DNA from: an uncultured Candidatus Saccharibacteria bacterium
Lineage (GTDB): Bacteria; Patescibacteriota; Minisyncoccia; Phycocordibacterales; UBA918
Direction of reading: 5' to 3'
NCBI GenBank assembly: GCA_964552045.1
Contig: CAZKFF010000008.1
Span: 1 to 54,515 of the forward strand
DNA: 54,515 bases
In this document: one piece after another, positions 16,870 to 25,262 of the stretch
Layout of the letters: the number at the start of each line of letters is the position of its first letter
Numbering within the stretch: position 1 is the first letter of the stretch
The notes under the pieces: model-generated
What the model was told of the DNA's origin: nothing
The model's database searches: none
The model's input: only the letters and a program-made list of their open reading frames with translations
Position numbers and translations under genes: made by a program

Positions 16870-18447
16870 ATGAATAAAAAAAATCTTTACATTAGTCTCG
16901 GTATCGCAATAGTCGCCATAGGTGGAGCGTTTCTCTTTTCTCAGAATAATCCGTCCTCTTTGGTGCGGAGCGAATATGTTAGTGCGGATACATCCGGACT
17001 CTCTGAAGCTTCGGCAACACAGACCGTTGAGCTAAAGAATGGCGATACCTATGATCTCACTGCAAGCTATGTCAAAAAGAATATTAACGGCAAAGAGTAT
17101 CGGATGCTTGCGTACAACGGATCGATTCCGGGACCGCTTATTAAAATCGCCCAAGGAGCGGAAGTCACGATCAATTTCAAAAATGGCACTGATATGAATA
17201 CGCTTCTCCACTCGCACGGCGTCAGAATGGACAATGCGTTTGATGGATCGCAGACATCGCAAAAAGAAATGAAGCCGGGTGAGATTTTTTCTTACCAGAT
17301 CAAGTTTCCTGATGCCGGCATCTACTGGTATCACCCTCATGTCCGAGAAGACTTTGAGCAGGAGCTCGGGCTCTATGGAAACTACCTTGTAGTTCCCGGA
17401 GGTGCCGATTATTGGTCGCCGGTCAATCGTGAAGTTGCTCTGTTTCTGGATGACATTCTGATCGAGGATGGAACGATCGCTTTAAGCAAACAAGAAGCCG
17501 ACCGTACCCTCATGGGGAGATTCGGCAATGTCATGCTCGTAAACGGCGAGACTGATTACTCGCTATCTGCAAAAAGAAGCGAGGTTGTGAGACTCTATAT
17601 CACTAATTCAGCAAACACTAGACCATTTAATTTTGCTATAGAAGGAGCAAAAATGAAGCTGGTGGGAGCGGATGGCGGTGCATACGAAAAGGATCAATGG
17701 GCAGATTCAGTGACACTGGGACCGTCGGAGCGAGCTGTTGTTGAGGTATTGTTTGATACGACCGGCACGTTTGTGATTCAAAATAAGACACCAGATAAAA
17801 CCTACACGCTTGGCACGGTCAATGTCAGCACGGATTCTGTTGAGGTCTCTTATGCATCTGAGTTCAATCAACTCCGCACTCATGTAGAAACGTCTGAGAG
17901 CATTGCTCCATTCCGACAATATTTCGACAAAATACCGGACAAACAAATCAAGCTCTCCATCGACATGGGTGGAAACATGATGAATATGATGGGTGGCCAC
18001 ATGATGCCGGACGGCACGATGATGGGCGGCTCGATGATGAGTCCGGAAGGAGGTATTGAATGGGATGACGAAAACGAGATGATGAATCAAATGTCCGATT
18101 CCGATTCAGTCAAATGGAAAGTGGTGGATCAGGCAACCGGAAAAGAGAACATGGACATCGATTGGACATTCAAGCGTGGAGAGCCGGTCAAAATCAGGAT
18201 TTTCAATGATCCAAATTCAATGCACCCGATGCAACACCCGATGCATTTTCACGGCCAGCGGTTCCTAATCTTGGAGCGAAACGGTGTAAAAGAAACTAAT
18301 CTTGTATGGAAAGACACTGTCTTTATCCCTTCAGGCGAGACGGTGGATATTCTGCTCGACACTTCAAACCCGGGTACATGGATGGCGCACTGCCATATTG
18401 CCGAGCACTTGGAAGCGAGCATGATGATGAAATTCGAGGTTAAGTAG
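16870..18447 (+). CDS. multicopper oxidase with Met-rich insert
   Basis: Cu-ligand motifs HSHG, WYHPH, HPMHFHG and HCHIAEHLEASMM. Met-rich segment MGGNMMNMMGGHMMPDGTMMGGSMM. Confidence 0.9.
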   Translation: MNKKNLYISLGIAIVAIGGAFLFSQNNPSSLVRSEYVSADTSGLSEASATQTVELKNGDTYDLTASYVKKNINGKEYRMLAYNGSIPGPLIKIAQGAEVTINFKNGTDMNTLLHSHGVRMDNAFDGSQTSQKEMKPGEIFSYQIKFPDAGIYWYHPHVREDFEQELGLYGNYLVVPGGADYWSPVNREVALFLDDILIEDGTIALSKQEADRTLMGRFGNVMLVNGETDYSLSAKRSEVVRLYITNSANTRPFNFAIEGAKMKLVGADGGAYEKDQWADSVTLGPSERAVVEVLFDTTGTFVIQNKTPDKTYTLGTVNVSTDSVEVSYASEFNQLRTHVETSESIAPFRQYFDKIPDKQIKLSIDMGGNMMNMMGGHMMPDGTMMGGSMMSPEGGIEWDDENEMMNQMSDSDSVKWKVVDQATGKENMDIDWTFKRGEPVKIRIFNDPNSMHPMQHPMHFHGQRFLILERNGVKETNLVWKDTVFIPSGETVDILLDTSNPGTWMAHCHIAEHLEASMMMKFEVK

Positions 18448-18454
18448 CCATCGA

Positions 18455-18558
18455 GGGGATGTCTGGGATTCGAACCGGATCTGAAATAGATTCCGACTAT
18501 ATTTTAAGCCACACCAGTCATGTGCGACCGAGACGGTTCGAATCCTTTTGTGGCAGCA
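18455..18558 (+). other. tmRNA-5'-like motif plus tRNA-Gln-3'-half-like segment (relic or att-site scar; not a complete RNA gene)
   Basis: GGGGATGTCTGGGATTCGAACCGGAT resembles the start of ssrA. CACCAG-N17-GGTTCGAATCCTTTTGTGGCAGCA parallels the tRNA-Gln 3' half. No matching acceptor strand was found. Confidence 0.5.
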
Positions 18559-18689
18559 AAAGTAGGAGGTATCGAGTGATCAGGATGGGGCAATAAAATA
18601 TGAACATTTTGAACACCAGTTCGGATCATTGGATCTGTGACCCGTCTAAGTGCATTCCCTGAACCCATCGAAAGAACTATACTGTATCT

Positions 18690-19085
18690 ATGTTTACAAT
18701 TGATCAAATACAATCAGCACACAGCAAGGTAAAGAGCGGAGCAGATTTTCCTGCTTACGTGCAGGATCTCATCGCTCTGGGTGTGGAGAAATACCACACG
18801 TTCGTGACTGATGGCCACACTGAATATTTTGGTACGGATGATTACAAAGCAGCGTCTCCCGCAAAATATGTTCCGCTTGAGATCGCTGATCCAGAAAACA
18901 AGGAAAAATTTGTAGAGCGCCTCAAGCTTCACCAGCAAGGAGGAACCGACTATATGACGTTCTGTAAAGATGCTGCCGAAGCGGGAGTGGAAAAATGGAC
19001 AGTGGATACGATCAGGATGACGTGCACGTATTACGACACATCCGGGAAAGAAATGCTGGTTGAAGCCATTCCTGGAGTAAAGTGA
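18690..19085 (+). CDS. DUF1398-family protein
   Basis: MFTIDQIQSAHSKVKSGADFPAYVQDLIALGV..YMTFCKDAAEAGVEKW. TATACT lies 6 nt upstream of the ATG. Confidence 0.7.
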   Translation: MFTIDQIQSAHSKVKSGADFPAYVQDLIALGVEKYHTFVTDGHTEYFGTDDYKAASPAKYVPLEIADPENKEKFVERLKLHQQGGTDYMTFCKDAAEAGVEKWTVDTIRMTCTYYDTSGKEMLVEAIPGVK

Positions 19086-19183
19086 AGGAACAATGCGGAG
19101 GACTGGCAGTCACATGAAAAGCCCGAAAAGGCAGCTTTTTGTTTGGCTAAACAGCTAACCATCAACATGATATTGTTGTTTAT

Positions 19184-19384
19184 ATGGCACATATTTTAAA
19201 TAAGATGGTCGCACCGGTCGAAGCGGTGCGAAAGCAACTTGAAGAAGATAAAGAAGCGCATGCAGGACAAGGTATGTACCTCGAACATCTTTGGACAAAT
19301 GATGATGATCCAGACGAGGTATTTTTTCTTTTTCGTGTAGATGATATCAACCAGTGCAAGAATGCAATTGAGGAAGTGTACTAG
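19184..19384 (+). CDS. small hypothetical protein (possibly truncated by TAG at 19382)
   Basis: 66-aa ORF. The same frame stays open for 21 more codons after the TAG. Confidence 0.4.
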   Translation: MAHILNKMVAPVEAVRKQLEEDKEAHAGQGMYLEHLWTNDDDPDEVFFLFRVDDINQCKNAIEEVY

Positions 19385-19525
19385 AAGGCACGAGCAGAGA
19401 ATCCTGACGCAGTACTCCCTGAAAAGATCTATTTAAATGAGAACCTGTGATCGCCAGCATATCTGAGAAGGGTAAGATTCTGGATCCGAGCGCGGACAGT
19501 CCGGCATTTGTGCCATAATTTATCC

Positions 19526-20111
19526 ATGACCCAACCGGAAATAACAGAAAAGTCAGTTCGTTCCTTTACGACGGCACATGCTTGGCGTACCTGGCTCGAA
19601 AAAAAATCAAGGAAGAACAGATGGTGTTTGGCTGCGTATCTATAAAAAAGATTCAAGAAAAAAAACGGTCACATACGCTGAGGCACTTGACGAAGCGCTC
19701 TGCTACGGGTGGATAGACGGGCAAAGGAAAACGTACGATCCTGAATCCTTTTTGCAGAAGTTCACGCCCCGTCGGTCAAACAGCATGTGGTCGAAGCGGA
19801 ACCGTGAGCACGCCTTGCGTCTCATCAAAGAGAAACGCATGACTGCGGCTGGCCACGCTGAAATTGATGCCGCTCAAAAGGATGGACGATGGGAACAAGC
19901 ATATGACGCTCCCAGCACCATGACGATTCCAACGGATTTTCTCAAAACGCTAAAGAAGGACAAGAAAGCATACGAGTTTTTCAAGACCCTGAATAAGGCA
20001 AATACCTATGCCATTGCGTGGCGTCTGCAAACTGCACGCAAACCAGAGACGCGAGCGAAACGTATGGAATCGCTGTTCGCCATGATGAAAGAGGGAAAGA
20101 AATTGCATTAG
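19526..20111 (+). pseudogene. YdeI/OmpD-associated-family gene split by a +1 frameshift in an A8 run
   Basis: Frame A 19526..19645 gives MTQPEITEKSVRSFTTAHAWRTWLEKK.. then stops. Frame B (ORF 19578..20111) gives ..NQGRTDGVWLRIYKK..ALCYGWIDG... Removing one A from 19599-19606 gives a continuous WLEKNQGRTDGVWL. Confidence 0.7.
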
Positions 20112-20123
20112 CGTGGTAGCGAG

Positions 20124-20157
20124 AACATAAAAGCACCCGATCGGGTGCTTTTATGTT
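20124..20157. terminator. bidirectional palindromic terminator between convergent genes
   Basis: AACATAAAAGCACCCGATCGGGTGCTTTTATGTT, a perfect palindrome with A/T-rich flanks. Confidence 0.75.
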
Positions 20158-20164
20158 GACTGAA

Positions 20165-20914
20165 TTAGGCGAGGGTATTGCAATAGACGTGCATCGCATC
20201 GCGCATAAATTCAGGAAGATCGGGGTGGTACTTCTTGAAGGTTGCCGCGAAGCGCGGATCATCCACATACATGTTGGCAAGACCCCGATACAATTCAGGA
20301 TTTGGTTCGTAGAAGAACCGCAAGCCGTCGTAGTGTTTCGCTATCAGCGCTTGCACTTCAGGACTTTCCGCGCCGCTGCTCATATTTGCAACAATTTCTT
20401 TCAGGAGATCATCACCGGCTTTCTGCATCGCAGCCCGTTCTTCCTTCGTCAATTTTTCGTACTTTCCAACTGACTGCTTGAAAGCATCGGTGTCACCCCA
20501 GCGCTCTTTGGCTTCCTTGCTGTATGCCTCGTACTCTTCTTTGGTGAAGCCGCCATAGAGTTCTTTGTCGTGCATAGTTTTTTCCTTATTGATCTTTTTA
20601 ATCGTCTTATCAATCGTCTTCAGTAAGTCATTCATCCGCTTCTTTTTGATCTCGATCAGTTTCCGGTGATCTGCCAGAGCCGCGGTGAGGTCAAAGTGCG
20701 GATCAGCAAGTATGTGTTTTATTTCTTCGAGAGGGAACTCGAGTTCGCGAAAGAACATGATTTGCTGGAGCTTCAAGAGCTCTGCTTCGCCATACTGGCG
20801 ATAGCCGTTCTTCGCATTGCGGACAGGTTTCAGAAGCCCGATTGCATCATAGTGATGAAGTGTCCGAGTCGTTATGTCTGCGAGCGTCGCGAGTTGTTGA
20901 ACGGTGTATGTCAT
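20165..20914 (-). CDS. MerR-family transcriptional regulator with TipAS-like C-terminal domain
   Basis: MTYTVQQLATLADITTRTLHHYDAIGLL..GYRQY HTH, plus a ~140-aa C-terminal TipAS-like domain. Confidence 0.85.
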   Translation of the reverse strand: MTYTVQQLATLADITTRTLHHYDAIGLLKPVRNAKNGYRQYGEAELLKLQQIMFFRELEFPLEEIKHILADPHFDLTAALADHRKLIEIKKKRMNDLLKTIDKTIKKINKEKTMHDKELYGGFTKEEYEAYSKEAKERWGDTDAFKQSVGKYEKLTKEERAAMQKAGDDLLKEIVANMSSGAESPEVQALIAKHYDGLRFFYEPNPELYRGLANMYVDDPRFAATFKKYHPDLPEFMRDAMHVYCNTLA

Positions 20915-20957
20915 ATAACGTGCATGAGGACGATTGTGTATCGACCAACAGTAGCAG

Positions 20958-20988
20958 AGTCTAAACTATCACGCAACGTTAGAGTCAA
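20958..20988 (-). promoter_or_regulatory. MerR-type promoter with 19-bp spacer
   Basis: Minus strand reads TTGACT-CTAACGTTGCGTGATAGTT-TAGACT. The -35 is at 20988-20983 and the -10 at 20963-20958, 44 nt upstream of the merR-like ATG. Confidence 0.6.
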
Positions 20989-21069
20989 GTGATTGTGTAC
21001 TTCATACACTGTGGCAGGCAATCGAGGCAACTCATACTGAACAGTCAGCCGGTAGGTTACAATAAATTG

Positions 21070-21648
21070 ATGAAAAAAATAGTCATCGGAGTGATTGCTT
21101 TTGCTGTACTTCTTGCAGGGGCTTTGTATGTATTTAATGCATATATCTATGAGGTAAAGCAAGTGCCTGCATCCGGCGATTATAAAGACGGAGCGTATCG
21201 CATTGATGGCGTTCCGGTACAACTCAAAGACGGAATTTCTGAAATCGAAGCTGCGCCAGGGTCTGCTTCAAAGATCACCACTCGTTATTTTGGAAACGAA
21301 TATATGACTGACTTGGATAGCGATGGGCGGGAGGATGTTGTCTTTTTGGTAACGCAAGAAACAGGAGGGAGTGGGATTTTTTACTATGTTGTAGCTGCAC
21401 TTAATACAAAACGCGGATATGTTGGGTCTGATGCATATTTACTTGGTGATAGAATTGCCCCACAAACGATCGAAACGAGTTCCAATCCGCGACACAAGAA
21501 TGTGATAGTTGTGAACTATGCAAAGCATGCAGTGGACGAACCGATGTCTGCGCAACCTACAATCGGAACAAGCACCTATTTGAAGCTTGATGCCACCGAT
21601 ATGACATGGGGAATTGTCGAACCTCATTTCGAAGGAGAGTCGGGCTAA
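21070..21648 (+). CDS. hypothetical membrane-anchored or secreted protein
   Basis: ATG at 21070 in ORF 20989..21648. MKKIVIGVIAFAVLLAGALYVF. Divergent from the merR-like gene. Confidence 0.6.
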   Translation: MKKIVIGVIAFAVLLAGALYVFNAYIYEVKQVPASGDYKDGAYRIDGVPVQLKDGISEIEAAPGSASKITTRYFGNEYMTDLDSDGREDVVFLVTQETGGSGIFYYVVAALNTKRGYVGSDAYLLGDRIAPQTIETSSNPRHKNVIVVNYAKHAVDEPMSAQPTIGTSTYLKLDATDMTWGIVEPHFEGESG

Positions 21649-21780
21649 GTCTATAGAAAAGCTCTGACTTCAACAGGTTCCGTACAATCTCCTACTGAGA
21701 GACTGTCTCGTAGGCAATTTTTTGTGTGTCGGACGAGTCTGCACAAAAGATCAAAGCATCAATTCAAAATATGTATAATT

Positions 21781-22215
21781 ATGCATATGACAACACTAAA
21801 TCCCTGGATCAATTTCAACGGCAACGCAGAAGAAGCATTTATTTTTTACAAGTCAGTGTTTGGCGGCGAGTTTACAACAATAACCCGTTTTAAAGATCTC
21901 TCAGGACCAGAGTTTCAGGTTCCAGAAAAGGAAGGAGAGAAGATCATGCAGATCATTCTGCCGATAGGAAACGGCAATATGCTCATCGGTAACGATGTGC
22001 CTGAATTCATGGGGAAAGTCAACGAGAATGAGAACAGAAGCAAGATCCATATAGATACAGACAGTAAAGAAGAGGCTGAAAGAATATTCAACGGTCTTTC
22101 TGCCGGAGGGCAAGTCGAAGGGCCATTTGGCGACAGCCCGTGGGGAACATACGCAGCAATGTTTAGAGACAAATACGGTATTGAGTGGATCATAGAATGC
22201 AATCCGGCACACTAG
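21781..22215 (+). CDS. VOC-superfamily protein (PhnB/glyoxalase-like)
   Basis: LNPWINFNGNAEEAFIFYKSVFGGEF..SPWGTYAAMFRDKYGIEWII. Confidence 0.8.
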   Translation: MHMTTLNPWINFNGNAEEAFIFYKSVFGGEFTTITRFKDLSGPEFQVPEKEGEKIMQIILPIGNGNMLIGNDVPEFMGKVNENENRSKIHIDTDSKEEAERIFNGLSAGGQVEGPFGDSPWGTYAAMFRDKYGIEWIIECNPAH

Positions 22216-22331
22216 ACTTAAGTGAGTTTCAGTATGTCCCCGTCACTTGCAATAATGGGGGCTCGCTGTCGAGCGAGTCTCAATGTTTTGCATTGGAGTA
22301 TGCTCTTGGTGTCTGATGCACGACGCGATAT

Positions 22332-22940
22332 ATGCCGACTGCCACGCTCTGCTATACTTCCAATATGCTTGCAATTTTTGGTCTGGTCTCAGGAATCCTC
22401 AGTGTCATCACGTATATTCCATATCTGTGCGATATTTTCAGATTGAAAACGAAACCTGAACGAGCTACCTGGCTTATATGGTCGGTGCTCACTGCTATCG
22501 CATTCTTTTCACAATTGGCAGAAGGGGCAACACATTCACTGTGGCTCACTGGTGTACAAGCAGCAGGGGTGGTAATGATTTTTTTACTCTCGATAAAATT
22601 TGGTATAGGCGGACTTACGCGGAGAGATATCTCTGCTCTCGTTGCCGCAGGGGTGGGGTTATTACTGTGGTACTACACGGACAATGCTGCCATTGCGTTA
22701 TTTATAACCATTGCGATCGATGCTCTCGGAGCATCTCTTACAGTGATCAAGGCATATGCCGATCCGGAGAGTGAGACACTCAGTACATGGGTGCTTTCTG
22801 GTACAGCTGGTATTTTTGGAGCTCTCGCAGTCGGCGCATTTGACTACGTGCTTTTGGCATTTCCTGTGTACATTATACTCATCAACTATACAGTGGCAGG
22901 TGCTATGGTCTTAGGCAGGAGAAAGCTCCAAGTTACATAA
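22332..22940 (+). CDS. polytopic membrane protein, unknown function
   Basis: About 6 hydrophobic segments. An alternative ATG lies at 22365 (MLAIFGLVSG..). Confidence 0.55.
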   Translation: MPTATLCYTSNMLAIFGLVSGILSVITYIPYLCDIFRLKTKPERATWLIWSVLTAIAFFSQLAEGATHSLWLTGVQAAGVVMIFLLSIKFGIGGLTRRDISALVAAGVGLLLWYYTDNAAIALFITIAIDALGASLTVIKAYADPESETLSTWVLSGTAGIFGALAVGAFDYVLLAFPVYIILINYTVAGAMVLGRRKLQVT

Positions 22941-23047
22941 AAGGTCGCACAAAAGCACCTGTACCATTCGTCGGAAGTCTAGACAGATTTATTTTTTGTT
23001 GTATCATCCCACCGGATCAATTGAACAACGAAACAGGGAGTTGCTGC

Positions 23048-23797
23048 ATGTATGTTGAAAACTATCCGATCTTGGCCTCCGACATTGCAACGGGAGAGGA
23101 TATCTTCGCCCGGTTTGAGCAGTGGCCCTCAAACGGCACGTACGTGCGCTTCCCTGACGGGAGACGATTCGACCGTGTTTCCACAAAAGAGAAGAGGATC
23201 CACTACCTGGTTGGAACAAATCAGAGCACGCATATAGGCTTCATCACCGATGCTCTGCTGGTCTCGCGGATCGTTGAGTATATGGAGCACTACTACGGCA
23301 CGAAGCATACCAACTGCTCGGCTTTCGCACACTTCCTCACAACGGGGAGGTTCATCGAATGCGATCCGGAACTGCAGTACCTCGTGCTCGAGCAGGGCAT
23401 GTGCGTGTACGACAGCCAAAAGATCGGCGTCGGCGATATGATCTGCATTCTGTACAGCAGCAAGCGCCAGGCGCGGTCCCGGAAGAGCACGCTGCGGACT
23501 GGCTATATGAAGGTCCAGAAGGAGAGGCACAATGACGGCCGTTTCGGGCATTCGATCGCTACGAAGCACACGACGTTCACTGCAGCGCAGATACACGACC
23601 TGCGCGGCGACTATCGCGTCGAGGACTACCATTTCATGGTGTGCGCTGCGATCCATAACGGTGAACCGGTTTGGGTCTCACAGCGCGGCCGATTCGTGCC
23701 AGGCGAAGTGCCTGTGCCGATCGTTCTCACTGTCGGCTTGCACGACTGCTATGATCCGGACGTGCCGATCCTGACGCTCATCAAGAAGCGACGCTAA
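23048..23797 (+). CDS. orphan protein with His..Cys (THIGF..HTNCSAFAHF) thiol-hydrolase-like motif
   Basis: ATG at 23048, 7 nt after GGGAG, inside ORF 23021..23797. G+C-rich. No family recognised with confidence. Confidence 0.55.
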   Translation: MYVENYPILASDIATGEDIFARFEQWPSNGTYVRFPDGRRFDRVSTKEKRIHYLVGTNQSTHIGFITDALLVSRIVEYMEHYYGTKHTNCSAFAHFLTTGRFIECDPELQYLVLEQGMCVYDSQKIGVGDMICILYSSKRQARSRKSTLRTGYMKVQKERHNDGRFGHSIATKHTTFTAAQIHDLRGDYRVEDYHFMVCAAIHNGEPVWVSQRGRFVPGEVPVPIVLTVGLHDCYDPDVPILTLIKKRR

Positions 23798-23915
23798 CCA
23801 CGCTTCGCCACCCGCGGCTCTATGCCGCGGGTGTATTATTATCCATCACTCTGCGGTTCTCCATTGTTTTTGTGTTCTGTGCTATGGTATTCGTAGTTTT
23901 GTTCAGGAGGTCGTA

Positions 23916-24527
23916 ATGATAAGCGAAAGACCTGTCGTAGCCGTCGACTTCGACGACATCGTCGCCGGGTACAATAAGGCGTATCACCAGTGGCACAACA
24001 AGCACTACGGCACGACATTCACGTATGATGAGCTCGTGACGTTCGATATGTGCGCACTCTACGGAATCGACATCTCGACGCTCGGCAAACGCGTGGACCG
24101 GTTCGTGGAGGAACATCACGACGAGATCCTTCCCATCGAAGGTGCGAAAGAAGGGCTGCAACTGCTTTCGTCGGCGTGCGATCTGCAGGTGGTCACGAGT
24201 CGGTGTGAATCCCTTCGCGGTGTCACTACCGGATGGATCAAGACGGTCGGACTCGAGTATTTCTCACACTATCACTTCACCAACGGTTTCAACTCGATCT
24301 ATCCCGAGCGGAAACGGAAGAAGGTAGAGGTGTGTGCAGAGATCGGTGCAGTCGCACTTATAGACGATGCCGACGGCAACGCACTCGAAGCTGCGCACAG
24401 CGGTCTGCGGGTGTTCATGCTCGCGCGTCCATGGAACGGCAGCGCGACGCATAAGCTCATCACCCGTCTGCAAAGCTGGGAAGAGATCGTGCCGGAGGTG
24501 CTGCACTTCGTACACGCAGATGCATAG
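23916..24527 (+). CDS. HAD-superfamily 5'(3')-deoxyribonucleotidase-like hydrolase
   Basis: VAVDFDDIV (DxDx motif), VVTSR, ALIDDA. AGGAGG SD upstream. Confidence 0.7.
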   Translation: MISERPVVAVDFDDIVAGYNKAYHQWHNKHYGTTFTYDELVTFDMCALYGIDISTLGKRVDRFVEEHHDEILPIEGAKEGLQLLSSACDLQVVTSRCESLRGVTTGWIKTVGLEYFSHYHFTNGFNSIYPERKRKKVEVCAEIGAVALIDDADGNALEAAHSGLRVFMLARPWNGSATHKLITRLQSWEEIVPEVLHFVHADA

Positions 24528-24557
24528 CCGGGTCCCCTACGGGGACCCGGCCTTTTC
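24527..24557 (+). terminator. intrinsic terminator
   Basis: GCCGGGTCCCC-TAC-GGGGACCCGGC followed by CTTTTC. Confidence 0.8.
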
Positions 24558-24609
24558 GTTGTTCGGTCGCAGCGCGTATTGTGTTAAAATACTGCAATCA
24601 TGCAACAAT

Positions 24610-25155
24610 ATGTTCTTCTGGCTTGATACGATCAATTTCACATTGGCGCTTGCGGGTCTGGCACTGCTACCGGTCACTGCCGGTCTCTATCTTGATTACT
24701 TCTTTTTCCACAGCAGGTACTTCAAACGCTGGCTCCAGCCTTATGCCTGGAAGGCGATCATGCTGATCACCGCAGGCAGTGTTGCTGTCTCACTGCTGTA
24801 TTCCGAATATTTCGGATTCGTGCCGTGCTCGCTGTGCTGGCTGCAGCGCATAGCGCTGTATCCACAGGCGCTTTTGTCCGTCATTGCTTTCAAGACAAAC
24901 GACACGCTCCGCTTCCCGCTGTATGGCATCGCTCTGTCGGCATTTGGGTTTGTGGTCGGACTGTATCACTACGTGTATCAGCTTATTCCTAAGGAAGCAT
25001 TGACTTCGCAGATCATGCCCTGTCTTGCTGACGGCAGCGCAGACTGCGGAGTGCGGGTCATAGACGAGTTCGGTTTTATGACCTTTCCGCTCTTATCCGC
25101 CATAACGTTCGCGCTCCTGATCGCGCTCTATCTGCACCTGCGCAGAGCCGGTTAA
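24610..25155 (+). CDS. dsbB: disulfide bond formation protein B (BdbC-like)
   Basis: ATG at 24610 in ORF 24367..25155. Motif PCSLCWLQRIALYP, a second Cys pair PCLADGSADC, and 4 TMs. Confidence 0.85.
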   Translation: MFFWLDTINFTLALAGLALLPVTAGLYLDYFFFHSRYFKRWLQPYAWKAIMLITAGSVAVSLLYSEYFGFVPCSLCWLQRIALYPQALLSVIAFKTNDTLRFPLYGIALSAFGFVVGLYHYVYQLIPKEALTSQIMPCLADGSADCGVRVIDEFGFMTFPLLSAITFALLIALYLHLRRAG

Positions 25156-25262
25156 ACCACACAGGCGTTGAGCGCGGTGATCCTAACGGCAATGAGCTTG
25201 CAGTCTGGTCTGATGCATAGACACTCTCTCCTCATCAATTTTCAGAGTGGTACTATGAGATC

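Noticed and set aside
18455-18700. A complete tmRNA (ssrA) gene
   Set aside because: Only the 5' acceptor/D-like motif is present. There is no 3' strand complementary to GGGGATG, no CCA-proximal T-arm pairing, and no plausible tag ORF. The space before the next CDS (about 235 nt) is also short. It is reported as a relic instead.
19382-19450. Possible TAG readthrough or recoding extending the 66-aa ORF by 21 codons
   Set aside because: An open stretch of 21 codons after a stop is not statistically unusual. All other genes in the window terminate normally at TAG, TAA or TGA, so there is no evidence for stop-codon reassignment.
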